A model generated the notes under the pieces. That model saw only the letters and a program-made list of their open reading frames with translations. It had not been told where the DNA came from and ran no database searches. Shown here one piece after another: positions 19,050 to 28,479 of a stretch of 45,930 nucleotides of DNA. The stretch's first letter is position 1, and every line of letters starts with the position of its first letter. The stretch comes from a virus (Duplodnaviria; Caudoviricetes), in IMG/VR virus record IMGVR_UViG_3300017766_002452, positions 1 through 45,930 of that record. One strand, written 5' to 3'. The position numbers and the translations under genes are program-made.

Positions 19050-21242
19050 TTACCTGCCATTTGACAGCGGGGAAAGCCTCGGATTGGAGGCGGGGTTCCG
19101 AAGGTATCGACCGTAGGCCGCGCCGAGCGTCTCGGCGTTGACCGGCTGGCCAGACCGGCGGAGGCCAGCCTCCAGCCCGCGCCGCACGTCGGCCGGGATC
19201 ACCAGCGCCGAGCCCGGAGCGCGAGCCGCCCAGACCCGCTCGGTGCCGTCTTCGTCACGGGTGCGCGAGAGGAGCAGGGCGAGGTGCGCCTGCGCTTCCT
19301 GCTGCGTCGGGTTGGGGTCCGGTCGGGATCGGTTGGCGCGGGCGAAGCCCTCCGCCCACTGCATCATCTGCTCGTTGACCGCCGCGATCTGGGCCTGCTG
19401 GTCCGGCGTTCGCGGTCGGGCCGCCGTCGCCACGCCGAAGACCTCGTTGATGTAGGTCTGCACCACCGGCCGCAGGGTCTGCAGGATGCGCGGCGCAGTG
19501 CGAGCGCCAGCCGGATCGGCCGTCAGGATGTCGGCCTGCATCTTCGAGAGCTGGACGTAGCGGCTCTCGCCGATCACGTCGCGGATGGCGCGCAGGTCCC
19601 GACGCGCAAACTCCTCGGGGGTGGCTGCCGCCTCGCCGATGAGGCCGACATAGACGTCGTTCGACTGCGCGTTCCCGCCGCCCTCTGTGGGGCTGGGGGT
19701 CATCTGGTTTCGCACCGTCACACGGTCGCCCGGCGAGAGGCTGGAGCGCAGCTGTGCAGGGGCCTGTTCCCACGTCGCGTCCGGGTTGGCTGCGCGCCAC
19801 TCATCGAAGGCGCGGCGGCTCTCGTTCTCTTGGTCGTTGCGAACCGCCCGGCGGCGCTCCAGACGATCCATGCCCGCCCTGCGGATCGCCTCCTCCAGAC
19901 GCCAGTCACCCCCTGCCCGCTCGCGGGCGTAGTCCTCGACATCGTCGATGGTGGCGAACTCGACGCCAGCTCCACCGCCCCCGCTCACGGTGGTCGACTG
20001 GCCGAGCGCGCTGTCTGGGTTCTGGTACTCGCCGTTGACCCGCACGGCGAAGTGCAGATGCGGGCCGGAGCTGTTGCCGCTGGAGCCGGACAGGCCGATG
20101 CGCTGGCCCTGCTCGACGCGCTGGCCGTCGGTGATCGTCGCCCCGTTCAGGTGGGCGTAGATCGTCTCCCGGCCGTTGCCGTGTTCGACGACGACGTAGG
20201 TGCCGAAGCCGTCCGGGTCCTGCCTGACGCGGGCGACGCCGGGCAGCGCCGCCATGACGGCGGTGTTGGGCGGGACGGCCCAGTCGATGCCCCGGTGGTT
20301 GGAGCTGCCACGACGGCCGCCGCTGGTCGCCGGGGCGTTGCGCGGGCCATAGCCGGACGACCGCCGAGGCGTGCCGGAGACCGGCGGCTGCATTTCGAAC
20401 GTGCCGCTCTCGCCCTCGACATCGACCGGGACGCGCGAGCCGCTGCGGCTCTGGATGAAGCCCTCGATCTCGGCCTTCGCGACATAGGCGTTCCGGTCGT
20501 CACGGACCTGCGGCATCAGCCGGGCGTAGACGTCCGGCGCGATCTGGTCCTTGTTCGCCTGAAGGTAGGACCACGCCTCGTCCGGCTGCTCGTTCTGGAG
20601 CTGCTGGATCGTGGCCGTGTGGACGGCGGAGTAGGTGGCCATCGCCAGCTCCTCACGCTTCTCCGGCGAGAGGCCGCGCCGCGCGGCAATCGCACCGATG
20701 GCGGCAGACAGCTGGCCTCCAGCCATCCGGCGCTCCTCGGAGCCGACCGGCAGCATGGCGGTCTCCCGCGACAGGTTGGCGACGTGACCGTCCTCCTCCC
20801 CGGCAGTGTAGACCTCGGTCTCGCGGGCGACGTGCGTGGTGGCGCGGCCGACCCAGCGGTCCCGGCGCTGGCGGGCGAGGGCGTCATAGGCGGCGCGCTG
20901 GCGGTCGGTCTGCAGGCCCGCCCGGCCAGCGGCAACCGTCTGCACCCACTCCGCCTCGATGTCGGGCTGCAGGTCCATCGCGTTGCGGCCCTGCGCGGAC
21001 AGCAGCCGCTGCTCGACGGCGGCCAGCTGTTCGGACGTGGCGGTGTCTGCCTCCAGAGCGGCGGCCTCATCGACCCGCTGGACGTACTTGTCGCGCTCCT
21101 GCGCGGCGACGTTCAGTCCTTGGCCGACAGCCTCGATACCCTGACCAACGGCCTGCCCGAAGCCGGTCGAGACCGGGTTCTGCTTGGCCCCGGTCATGGC
21201 CTGCGTCTGGACCTGCGGGGAGTAGACGGTAACGCGAGACAT
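19050..21242 (-). CDS. internal virion protein with M23 peptidase domain
   Basis: HRGID (HxxxD), YAHL and GPHLHF (HxH) motifs intact; position equivalent to T7 gp15. Confidence 0.9.
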   Translation of the reverse strand: MSRVTVYSPQVQTQAMTGAKQNPVSTGFGQAVGQGIEAVGQGLNVAAQERDKYVQRVDEAAALEADTATSEQLAAVEQRLLSAQGRNAMDLQPDIEAEWVQTVAAGRAGLQTDRQRAAYDALARQRRDRWVGRATTHVARETEVYTAGEEDGHVANLSRETAMLPVGSEERRMAGGQLSAAIGAIAARRGLSPEKREELAMATYSAVHTATIQQLQNEQPDEAWSYLQANKDQIAPDVYARLMPQVRDDRNAYVAKAEIEGFIQSRSGSRVPVDVEGESGTFEMQPPVSGTPRRSSGYGPRNAPATSGGRRGSSNHRGIDWAVPPNTAVMAALPGVARVRQDPDGFGTYVVVEHGNGRETIYAHLNGATITDGQRVEQGQRIGLSGSSGNSSGPHLHFAVRVNGEYQNPDSALGQSTTVSGGGGAGVEFATIDDVEDYARERAGGDWRLEEAIRRAGMDRLERRRAVRNDQENESRRAFDEWRAANPDATWEQAPAQLRSSLSPGDRVTVRNQMTPSPTEGGGNAQSNDVYVGLIGEAAATPEEFARRDLRAIRDVIGESRYVQLSKMQADILTADPAGARTAPRILQTLRPVVQTYINEVFGVATAARPRTPDQQAQIAAVNEQMMQWAEGFARANRSRPDPNPTQQEAQAHLALLLSRTRDEDGTERVWAARAPGSALVIPADVRRGLEAGLRRSGQPVNAETLGAAYGRYLRNPASNPRLSPLSNGR

Positions 21243-21865
21243 CAGCGGGCCCCCCATGCCGGGGCACCGGCAATGCCACGAGCGAAGCCGGGTGAACGGG
21301 GACGCGCCATCGCGCCGACGGAGGCGTAGCCCGTCTTTATCGGGCCGGTCGCGCCGCCGCTCTTGGCGGAGGGCAGGGGCTTCATCCCGGCGATCTGCGA
21401 GGAGCCGCCAAGGATGTCAGCACCGACCTTGAGGGTGGTGCCGATGACGAGCTGGTTGGCCTGCCGCCTCTGGGCGCGGGCTTCCTCTTGGAAGTTCTGG
21501 GCGTCGATCAGGTGGCCGCGCACCTCGCGCCCGGCGTTCTCCTGAATGGCGAGCTGGTCGAGCTTGCCGAAGTAGTCGGTGTCGGCGATCACGTCAGCGG
21601 CCGAGCCTGCCGACGGGTCAATGCCGTTGGCGGCGAAGGCGGCGATCTGGGCGGAGCGGATGCCCGCCACCTCCCGGCCCTGCCGGAGCTGCTCGGAAAG
21701 GCCGCGCTCGGTGGTGTCGACGGCCTGCTCGCGGGAGAGCTTGGCGTTGTTCGACGCCACCCGCGACTGGTAGGCGGCCTGCCCCGCAGACGAGAAGCCG
21801 GTGTAGGCGGTTCCGATGGCGGACACGGCCATCGACGCCATCATCAGGGTGGTGGGCTCACACAC
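21242..21865 (-). CDS. internal virion protein (T7 gp14-like)
   Basis: MCEPTT start typical of this family; Q.AAFAANGID...GSA motif; synteny. Confidence 0.8.
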   Translation of the reverse strand: MCEPTTLMMASMAVSAIGTAYTGFSSAGQAAYQSRVASNNAKLSREQAVDTTERGLSEQLRQGREVAGIRSAQIAAFAANGIDPSAGSAADVIADTDYFGKLDQLAIQENAGREVRGHLIDAQNFQEEARAQRRQANQLVIGTTLKVGADILGGSSQIAGMKPLPSAKSGGATGPIKTGYASVGAMARPRSPGFARGIAGAPAWGAR

Positions 21866-22325
21866 AGCTTCGGGCCTTGCTGAAATGCCGGAAGGGCACG
21901 CCGCCCAGTACCACGATCTCGTCGTCGATGGCAAAGCCCAGCGCCTTCAGGAGGCGGATCGCAGGGGCGTTCTCGACGGAGACGTAGTTCTCCAGCCGGG
22001 GGAACTCGCGGAGCATCCCCTCAACGAAGCGCGGCCCCCAGCGCATGAATGGCCGAGCGCCCTTCGAGACGTCGTCCGTGCCGAGGAACCAGACGCCTCC
22101 GACGCCCTCCATCAGATCGTGCGCCGACGCTCCGAACATGGCCACCGGCTGGCCGTCCATGAGGACCGTCCAGCTCATGAACGACGCGGCGAAGCTGTTC
22201 CGCATGGCGCGCTTCGGGGTCTTCCCCAGAGCGGAGACCTCGCGCACGTCGTGCGGCCGCATCCGGTTGGCGATCCGGTTGATGTGCCCCGCTCGCGCTG
22301 GGATGACCTGCCACCTAGCCGCCAA
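21858..22325 (-). CDS. GNAT-fold virion assembly protein (T7 gp13-like)
   Basis: MRPHDVRE, WFLGTD and LENYVSVENAPAIRLLKALGF motifs; synteny. Confidence 0.85.
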   Translation of the reverse strand: MAARWQVIPARAGHINRIANRMRPHDVREVSALGKTPKRAMRNSFAASFMSWTVLMDGQPVAMFGASAHDLMEGVGGVWFLGTDDVSKGARPFMRWGPRFVEGMLREFPRLENYVSVENAPAIRLLKALGFAIDDEIVVLGGVPFRHFSKARSCV

Positions 22326-24129
22326 GTTCGATGTCCGGCGAGATCGAGCGGATGACCATCGGCAGCGGCTGCGTCTGGGCGACCGTCACCTTGGCATCCT
22401 TCCAGTCCTCCGCGCCCAGACCGAGCGGGTCGATCAGGCCCGTAAACAGGGGCGGCGGAGCGCCGACGCCGCGCGGGATCGGGGCGTCGTAGAGCAGGTT
22501 GATGTCCGGGTCTGTGCCCGCGCCGATCTTGATGCCGCGCGTGTTCAGCACACTGACGATGGCGTTGGCCGCCGACTGCTTGCGTCCGCGCGTCGAGCCG
22601 TTCCCGCCGTCACGGACGATGGGGAGCGTGCGGATGTAGGCGGCGTAGGGCAGGCCGACCGTGATGCGGTTCGCGCCTCCGTTCGGGATCGGCGGCGTCA
22701 TCACGCCGTCGACCACGGTGCGATCCTTGTGGACAAAGCCGTCAGCCAGAGCGGTGACGGTCAGGCCCTCCAGCCACCAGAGCCGCGACAGGACGGAGAC
22801 CTTGTCCTCGGAGTAGAAGGTGACGGCGCTGTCGAGGATGATCGCCTCCTCCTGATCCTCCCACGTCTCCTCGATCCACTTCGGGTCGGCCATGCGCTCG
22901 ATGTAGCGGTGGTCGACGCCGCCGACCTCCCGGCGGATCGAGGCATACAGGACATCGCGCCCGTCCTCGGACACCCGGCAGATGCTCTCGACCACGCCGT
23001 TGGTGTAGCAGAGCGTCCAGCCCCAGACCTCCTGCTCGGCCATCCACGTCAGGGCCAGCAGCTGGCCGTCGTCGCGCAGGCACCACATCACGCAGGAGGG
23101 CTGCTCGCACCAGACCATTTCCAGCACCTTGTAGGAGGTGAAGAAGTGGCGCGAGAAGACGGTCAGGTCGTTGCCCTTGAAGCCGTCGCGCTCGAAGCTA
23201 TAGCCCAGCGTGCGGATGCTCTGGCCTCGGGCGGTGGTGTAGAAGCCCACCTCGTCCACCGTGGCCGGGCGGCAGTCGCCGACGCCGCGATAGCCCTGCA
23301 CCTTGCTCTCGATGGAGGTGGGGGTCAGCACGCCCTCACCGGCCTTCAGTGCCAGCACGCCGTCGCCGGTCAGGGCGAGCAGCTCGCCGAGCGAGAGGAG
23401 GTGGCGGATCGCGTTGATCCCCTTGCCGACGAGGTTCAGCTCGATGCTGTCCGTGGCGCGGAGCGGGCGGGACTTGTCGTGGTTGAACAGGTCGTCGGTC
23501 TGCGAGCCGTAGACCGTCGAGGGCTTCGACAGGGTCCGGCCATAGAAGGTCCGGCGGCTGTGGAAGGTGACCGCCGAGGGGTACTCCTCATCGGCGAAGG
23601 GGTTGTGATTGGTCGGCGGCCCGTCGCTGAAGTCGGCGAGGATGTTGTCGTCCACGAAGTCCGTGGCCGGGGGCAGCAGGGTGCCGATGTAGCCGTAGGA
23701 GCCGTTCTTCTTGCGGTAGACCCGGTACTCTGAGGTCCCCGCCACGGCGTCCGGCGTGATGGTGTTGAAGTTGCCCTTGACCGTGATGTCGTTGTTGATG
23801 ATCGAGCTGTCGGTGACTTGGCTCTCCCGCCCGTCCAGCTCCCGCACGGCGCTCACCGCATACTGGTGCGGGCTCTCGACGTAGCCGTCGGCGCTCTCGG
23901 AGTTGTTCGGGTTGGTGACGACCGCGTCGACCGCCGCCGGGGCCGTGGCGGTGGTCCCGATGGGGGCGTCCTCCAGCCGCCAGTTGGCGTGCCCGAACCG
24001 GCGCAGGAGCTGCGGATGGACGCCGCGCACCACCAGCACGAGGCCGTCTCCGGTCTGCTCGTAGCTGATCGCCCGAAGGTGGCCCTCGGTGAAGGGGGTC
24101 TCGATCTGGTAGATGGCGGCGATGGGCAT
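22315..24129 (-). CDS. tail nozzle (tubular protein B), C-terminal part
   Basis: YPSAVTFH.RR, DLTVFSRH, EQEVWGW and VGLPY motifs; lacks the family N-terminus. Confidence 0.85.
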   Translation of the reverse strand: MPIAAIYQIETPFTEGHLRAISYEQTGDGLVLVVRGVHPQLLRRFGHANWRLEDAPIGTTATAPAAVDAVVTNPNNSESADGYVESPHQYAVSAVRELDGRESQVTDSSIINNDITVKGNFNTITPDAVAGTSEYRVYRKKNGSYGYIGTLLPPATDFVDDNILADFSDGPPTNHNPFADEEYPSAVTFHSRRTFYGRTLSKPSTVYGSQTDDLFNHDKSRPLRATDSIELNLVGKGINAIRHLLSLGELLALTGDGVLALKAGEGVLTPTSIESKVQGYRGVGDCRPATVDEVGFYTTARGQSIRTLGYSFERDGFKGNDLTVFSRHFFTSYKVLEMVWCEQPSCVMWCLRDDGQLLALTWMAEQEVWGWTLCYTNGVVESICRVSEDGRDVLYASIRREVGGVDHRYIERMADPKWIEETWEDQEEAIILDSAVTFYSEDKVSVLSRLWWLEGLTVTALADGFVHKDRTVVDGVMTPPIPNGGANRITVGLPYAAYIRTLPIVRDGGNGSTRGRKQSAANAIVSVLNTRGIKIGAGTDPDINLLYDAPIPRGVGAPPPLFTGLIDPLGLGAEDWKDAKVTVAQTQPLPMVIRSISPDIELGG

Positions 24130-24776
24130 CAGAAGACCTCAAGCTGAACCGGGACATAGGGGTCCAGACGCGGCGGCACCGTGTCGTCGTCGTCGATGCC
24201 GGGAGGCGTGGTCGGCGGGGTGCCCGGCTCCCCGCCAGTGCCGCCCTCGCTGTCCCCGGCCACGCCACCGACGGAGCCGGTGAAGACGCCGAAGTCGGTG
24301 CTGTCGATGTCGAGGGTGACGGTATCGGTCGTGACAGCCACGACCTCGCCGATCATGCCGTTGATCTCGACCATGCCCTCGATCCCGGTGACCTGCGCCC
24401 GCCAGCCGACCTGATACCCGTGCGCCGGGACGGTCACGACAGCCTGCGCCGCGTTGGTGATCCCGGTGACGATCAGGGCGGGGCGGATCACGGGGCTGCC
24501 GCCGGACATCACGCGCATTGTGCCCTCGCTGAACTCCAGCGCGTAGCTGTCCTCGACGGTGAAGAAGAACTCGATCAGCCGGTTGAGCTTGGTGTAGTCG
24601 ATCACCCGGTCCACGAACTCGAAGCCCGCGCGGATGTAGACGCCGCCCTCCGGCAGGAGCAGCACGTTGCGCGCCCGCTCCAGCGCGGTCTGGCGCTTGG
24701 CGACGTCGTATCGGTCGGCGATCTTGGCCGAGACCTCCCCGCTGGAGAAGGACGGCAGGCTGTCGCGGAAGCTCAT
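24129..24776 (-). CDS. tail nozzle N-terminal part with FCCH-like beta domain
   Basis: SFSSGEVS...R.D..K...GG...R.G..F nozzle N-terminus; ITNAAQAVVT..AHG...GM.EING domain; Pro/Gly tail. Confidence 0.8.
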   Translation of the reverse strand: MSFRDSLPSFSSGEVSAKIADRYDVAKRQTALERARNVLLLPEGGVYIRAGFEFVDRVIDYTKLNRLIEFFFTVEDSYALEFSEGTMRVMSGGSPVIRPALIVTGITNAAQAVVTVPAHGYQVGWRAQVTGIEGMVEINGMIGEVVAVTTDTVTLDIDSTDFGVFTGSVGGVAGDSEGGTGGEPGTPPTTPPGIDDDDTVPPRLDPYVPVQLEVF

Positions 24777-25429
24777 TCGGGGGCCTCGAAGTGTCCGGCC
24801 AGCACGGACGGGATGAAGTTCTGCCCGTAGGTGTTCTGGGTCGGGTTCCGGTTCAAGTCCCCGGCGAAGGTGCGTTGCCGGTGCAGCTCGGCCTCGGAGA
24901 GCAGGTCCTGCTTCAGCTGGCGGTCCTGCTTGATCGGCATGGCCAGCCGGGAGGCCAGCGTCAGGGCCAGCAGGCGGATGAACCGCTTCGACATCTTGGC
25001 GTAGTCGGGGTTGGTGACGACGTACTCCAGCACCGCCTCGCGCTGGCCGGTCCAGAGAGCCGAGCCCTCGAAGTCGAACAGGACCGGCTCGAAGGGGTAG
25101 GCCCAGCCGGTGGTCGCCAGACGCTGGCCCTCCAGCAGGTAGCTCTCACCGGCCGGGGTCTCGGGCGGCAGGACGCGGAGCGGCATCGCCATGTCGTTGG
25201 GGGTCGCGTAGGCGTAGCCCCAGCTCGACGTCCGGTCGTTGGTGATCTCGCTCAGGGTGGCGCGCTTCAGGGCGAAGCCCCACTCGCCCTGCTCCATCAG
25301 CTCGCCCAGCACCTGCGGCAGCTGGTCCCGGCAGGTCTCCGCCGCCAGACTGTTGTCCAGCAGGCTGGTGATCTTGCGGTGCGGCAGCTCTTGAAGGGCC
25401 AGATTGCAGGCGGCGACGGCGGAGGTCAT
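24773..25429 (-). CDS. tail adaptor (tubular protein A)
   Basis: CNLAL..L, W.FALKR, W.YAY..P.D and F...LA..LA..LA motifs. Confidence 0.85.
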   Translation of the reverse strand: MTSAVAACNLALQELPHRKITSLLDNSLAAETCRDQLPQVLGELMEQGEWGFALKRATLSEITNDRTSSWGYAYATPNDMAMPLRVLPPETPAGESYLLEGQRLATTGWAYPFEPVLFDFEGSALWTGQREAVLEYVVTNPDYAKMSKRFIRLLALTLASRLAMPIKQDRQLKQDLLSEAELHRQRTFAGDLNRNPTQNTYGQNFIPSVLAGHFEAPE

Positions 25430-25438
25430 GGTTCACCC

Positions 25439-25470
25439 AAGCGAAAGGGGCGGCAGTTGCCCGCCGCCCC
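25439..25470 (-). terminator. intrinsic terminator/attenuator after head genes
   Basis: GGGGCGGCGG-GCAA-CTGCCGCCCC-TTTCGCTT; the short U-tract suggests leakiness. Confidence 0.7.
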
Positions 25471-25495
25471 CCGATAGCACGGTCGAAAGGCCGCG

Positions 25496-25978
25496 TCAGG
25501 CCTTCTTGTTGTGGTCGTCCAGCAGCTTCGCCAGCTCGTCGCGAGAGAGCTTGCTGTCGAACGTCACGCCAGCGGCGGTCAGGTCGGCAGCGATCTCCGC
25601 CTTCTTGCGCGAGCCACCGGCTTCGCCGTCCTTGTCGTGGTCCAGAGCCGCCACGGCGGCCGGGGTCAGGTCGGTCGAGGTGTCGCCAGCCGTCGGAGCC
25701 GTCGGGGCCAGAGCCACGTCGGCGTTCAGGATGTCTTCGCCGGTCGAGGCAGCGAGGCCCTCGCGTTCCAGCTTCTGGGTCACGTCGTCGGTGGCCTGAC
25801 CCTTCTTGCGGGCGAGCAGGGCTTCGAGCTGCTCGACCGAGAGCTGGCCAGCCGGGGTGGTGCCGGTGACGAAGGCCTCGGAGCCCGAGGCTTCCTCCGG
25901 GTCGTAGCTCTCGCCGATGGCGATCAGGCGACCGCCGACGAAGCGGGGGTTCGGTCCTTCGTTGATAATCAGGGGCAT
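25496..25978 (-). CDS. head-region protein with C-terminal HeH/LEM-like domain
   Basis: KKAEIAADLTAAGVTFDSKLSRDELAKLL; DHDKDG motif; GGAG SD. Confidence 0.75.
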   Translation of the reverse strand: MPLIINEGPNPRFVGGRLIAIGESYDPEEASGSEAFVTGTTPAGQLSVEQLEALLARKKGQATDDVTQKLEREGLAASTGEDILNADVALAPTAPTAGDTSTDLTPAAVAALDHDKDGEAGGSRKKAEIAADLTAAGVTFDSKLSRDELAKLLDDHNKKA

Positions 25979-26016
25979 CGGATGTCTCCAGTGATGCTTC
26001 AGATGGTGGAACGGTC

Positions 26017-26044
26017 AGGGGCCAGAGCGGTTGCTCCGGCCCCT
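26017..26044 (-). promoter_or_regulatory. intergenic hairpin after the cement gene
   Basis: AGGGGCC.GAGC/GCTC.GGCCCCT inverted repeat with no U-tract. Confidence 0.5.
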
Positions 26045-26051
26045 TCATCCG

Positions 26052-26477
26052 TTATCGGCCGGTGTAGTAGGTCGGCCGCTCGGAGGTGTCGAGGACGGCG
26101 GTCTCGACGATGCCAGCCGTGATGCCGCCCGTGGTCGGCGCGGTGCCGACGAGGGTGGCAACGAGGCCGACGTACTTATGTGCCAGCGGGATCGTGGAGA
26201 ACGGCGCGACGTAGCGGTAGCCGCCAGCCGCGTTCAGGGTGGCCAGAGCGATGGCACCGCTGTCGGCGATGGTCGTCGGCGACGACAGGTCAGACGCCGC
26301 CGAGGACACGAACTTCCACGCGAACGACGTGGCGTTGTTGATGGCGCTCTGGTTCTGGATGAACAGATCGAGGTTCTGCTTCCGCATCCGGCTCGTGACC
26401 TTGACGACATCGCCAACGGTGCCGGAAGCGGTGACTGCGAGGTTCTCGCAGAACATATTTTCGCGGTCGGTAATCAT
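26052..26477 (-). CDS. capsid cement protein (Bbp16-like)
   Basis: MITDRENMF..., KYVGL...VGT.PT.G.ITAGIV; follows the major capsid gene. Confidence 0.85.
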   Translation of the reverse strand: MITDRENMFCENLAVTASGTVGDVVKVTSRMRKQNLDLFIQNQSAINNATSFAWKFVSSAASDLSSPTTIADSGAIALATLNAAGGYRYVAPFSTIPLAHKYVGLVATLVGTAPTTGGITAGIVETAVLDTSERPTYYTGR

Positions 26478-26519
26478 GGGGTGCCCTCCTTGGGCATGGA
26501 GTTGATCTCGGTGGTCAGC

Positions 26520-26548
26520 GCCGGGTCTGGGATGGCCCCAGACCCGGC
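26520..26548 (-). promoter_or_regulatory. 12-bp perfect hairpin after the capsid stop (mRNA stabiliser or pause)
   Basis: GCCGGGTCTGGG-GCCAT-CCCAGACCCGGC, no U-tract. Confidence 0.6.
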
Positions 26549-26557
26549 CCCGGCCGG

Positions 26558-27583
26558 TTAGACGACGCGGGCCTCGTCCACGTTCAGGGCGTCCATGCGA
26601 CGGACCGGGACGCCACGGAAGGCAAGGCTGTCGATGCCCGGACGTCCGAAGTTGGCGCGGTTGAAGCCGTTGAAGGCGCGGCCGTCCTGCGAGGCCTGAC
26701 GGTCCAGCATATTGTGGATGTCGCGCGAGGCGTAGAAGGCGGCGTTGCCGTTCAGGCCTTGGATGCGACCCATCATCTGGACCATGATGTCCTGCAGATC
26801 AGCGCCGGTCGCCCGGTCCTTGGTCAGCAGGCTGAAGTCGATGTTGGCCGCGCGGACGATGTAGCGCGGGTCCTTGATCTTCAGGCCGCAGTCCCACGTC
26901 CACATATCGCTGTAGGCGAGGTAGGTGTTGCCGTTGGCGTCCAGCACCTTGTCACCGATGGGGTGACCATCCGGGCCGACGGCGTTGTTCGCCGTCGTGT
27001 CCATGTGCATCAGCCCACCCTTGGTGTTCTTCGGGTAGAGGCCGGTGACCTTGTCCGGAGCCCAGACGATCAGCCAGATCGAGCGGTTGTCCGTGCCGGT
27101 GCCGCCCGCGTCGATGACCTGCGAGTTGCCCACCGAGTTGAAGCGCGGGGTCAGACCCGTGAACTCCTTGTCGGCGAACGCCTCGTTGCCATAGAACATG
27201 GTCTGCCAGAACTCGTCCGACATGGCCTCGATGAACGAGCGGCCTTCGTCCAGACGATACTGGGCGATGTTGCCAGACAGGATCGCCAGCTTGCGGTCGA
27301 TCTGGTTCTGGCCTTCGAGCATCGCGGCCTTCTCGTCGACCTGCGCGGTGCCGCTCTTCGACTTGGCGACGCCCTCGTTGATCCGGCGGAAGCCGACGGT
27401 CGGCTTGTCGGTCCGAACGGTGTGGCGGTCGCCGGTCACGAGGTTACCAGCCGACCAAGTGATGTCGTCGTTGGCCTCGTTGGTCTGGGTCAGGATTTCG
27501 GCGATGCCAGCGAGGCCGCCGTCCGGGTCCAGTCGGTTCATCACGTCCATGAGGGACGGGAGGGTTGCGTTACGAACGCCCAT
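26558..27583 (-). CDS. major capsid protein (BPP-1/epsilon15 type)
   Basis: IAEIL.QTNE, FRRINEGV, FIEAMS, FYGN, F.GL.PRF, SIWL..W, GLYPK, FRGVPVRR.DAL; GGAG SD. Confidence 0.93.
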   Translation of the reverse strand: MGVRNATLPSLMDVMNRLDPDGGLAGIAEILTQTNEANDDITWSAGNLVTGDRHTVRTDKPTVGFRRINEGVAKSKSGTAQVDEKAAMLEGQNQIDRKLAILSGNIAQYRLDEGRSFIEAMSDEFWQTMFYGNEAFADKEFTGLTPRFNSVGNSQVIDAGGTGTDNRSIWLIVWAPDKVTGLYPKNTKGGLMHMDTTANNAVGPDGHPIGDKVLDANGNTYLAYSDMWTWDCGLKIKDPRYIVRAANIDFSLLTKDRATGADLQDIMVQMMGRIQGLNGNAAFYASRDIHNMLDRQASQDGRAFNGFNRANFGRPGIDSLAFRGVPVRRMDALNVDEARVV

Positions 27584-27605
27584 TGGTCTTCTCCATCTTT
27601 GGGCT

Positions 27606-27630
27606 GCTGCACTGTCTCGCGACGTTCAGC
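27606..27630 (-). promoter_or_regulatory. capsid leader hairpin resembling 23S rRNA helix 93
   Basis: GCTG-AAC-GTC-GCGA-GAC-A-GTG-CAGC: GNRA loop and bulged A, just upstream of the SD. Confidence 0.55.
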
Positions 27631-27651
27631 CGGGTCGGGTGGTCGGGGTGC

Positions 27652-28479
27652 TTAGTCTTTGGGGACGTAGGCGGGGTAGAGCTTGTGGGCGAGCGGCACG
27701 TCTTCCTTCGCCGTGCTGTCGCCGATGTGGATCGAGCCGTCGCTGATCTGCCTGCCGATGCGGGCGAAGCCCTTCAGCATGGCGGGGTGGTTGGTCAGCT
27801 GGGTCGTGGTGAGGAACTCGCGGAACTCGGGCAGGTCGCCGAAGAAGGCGTCGCGGGCCTTGGCGGCCAGCGCGCGGCTCTCGTCGTACTTCGCGCCCCC
27901 GACCTCGGGGTCGGCCTTGGTCTCCTCCGCCCACTGGCGGGACAGCTCGATGCGGGCGGTCTCCTGCGCCTCGGCGGCCTGCGTCAGGGCCTTCTCCACC
28001 ATGCCGCTGATGACGGGTGCGGCCCGGTTGATGAAGTCCTGCGCCTTGTCGTCGGGGACGCCGAACTCGCGCATCAGCGGCGCTGCCGCCGCCAGAGCCT
28101 CGGTGTCGAGGGCCTCGAAGCCTTCGGGAGGGGTGAGGCCCTCGTAGGGCGCGACCTCGGCATCAGCTCCGTCTTCCGACGCTGCGTCAGCTTCATCAGT
28201 CGCGCCCTCCGTGGCGGGCTTGTCAGCCGCGCCGTCGCCCCAGTCCGCTGCGTCCTCTGACGCGACATCGGTAGGGGCAGTGCCTGCCGGGCTCCCCGCG
28301 CTTGCATCGCCGTCGGCTCCGGCACCCGCATCTGCACCAGCTTCAGCCGCCGCGTCAACAGGGGCGTCCGCCTCGGCCGCCGGGGCGGCGTCAGGGTGGC
28401 CATCAGGCGAGCGCATGAACCGCCCGAGCGCGCGCTCTGCGGGGGTCATTCGGCCGATCAGGGTGTTACGGATTTTCAT
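27652..28479 (-). CDS. capsid scaffolding protein
   Basis: Acidic Ala-rich N-half; W....K.DPE.GG, L.NHP...K.F..IG..IS.G and LYP motifs; precedes the capsid gene. Confidence 0.85.
   Translation of the reverse strand: MKIRNTLIGRMTPAERALGRFMRSPDGHPDAAPAAEADAPVDAAAEAGADAGAGADGDASAGSPAGTAPTDVASEDAADWGDGAADKPATEGATDEADAASEDGADAEVAPYEGLTPPEGFEALDTEALAAAAPLMREFGVPDDKAQDFINRAAPVISGMVEKALTQAAEAQETARIELSRQWAEETKADPEVGGAKYDESRALAAKARDAFFGDLPEFREFLTTTQLTNHPAMLKGFARIGRQISDGSIHIGDSTAKEDVPLAHKLYPAYVPKD

Noticed and set aside
9378-21329. Very long plus-strand ORFs (9378-16448, 16575-18440, 19284-21329; also 5315-7837 and 28638-31016)
   Set aside because: Antisense shadows of high-GC3 minus-strand genes; no SD, no motifs, composition typical of reverse-complement codons.
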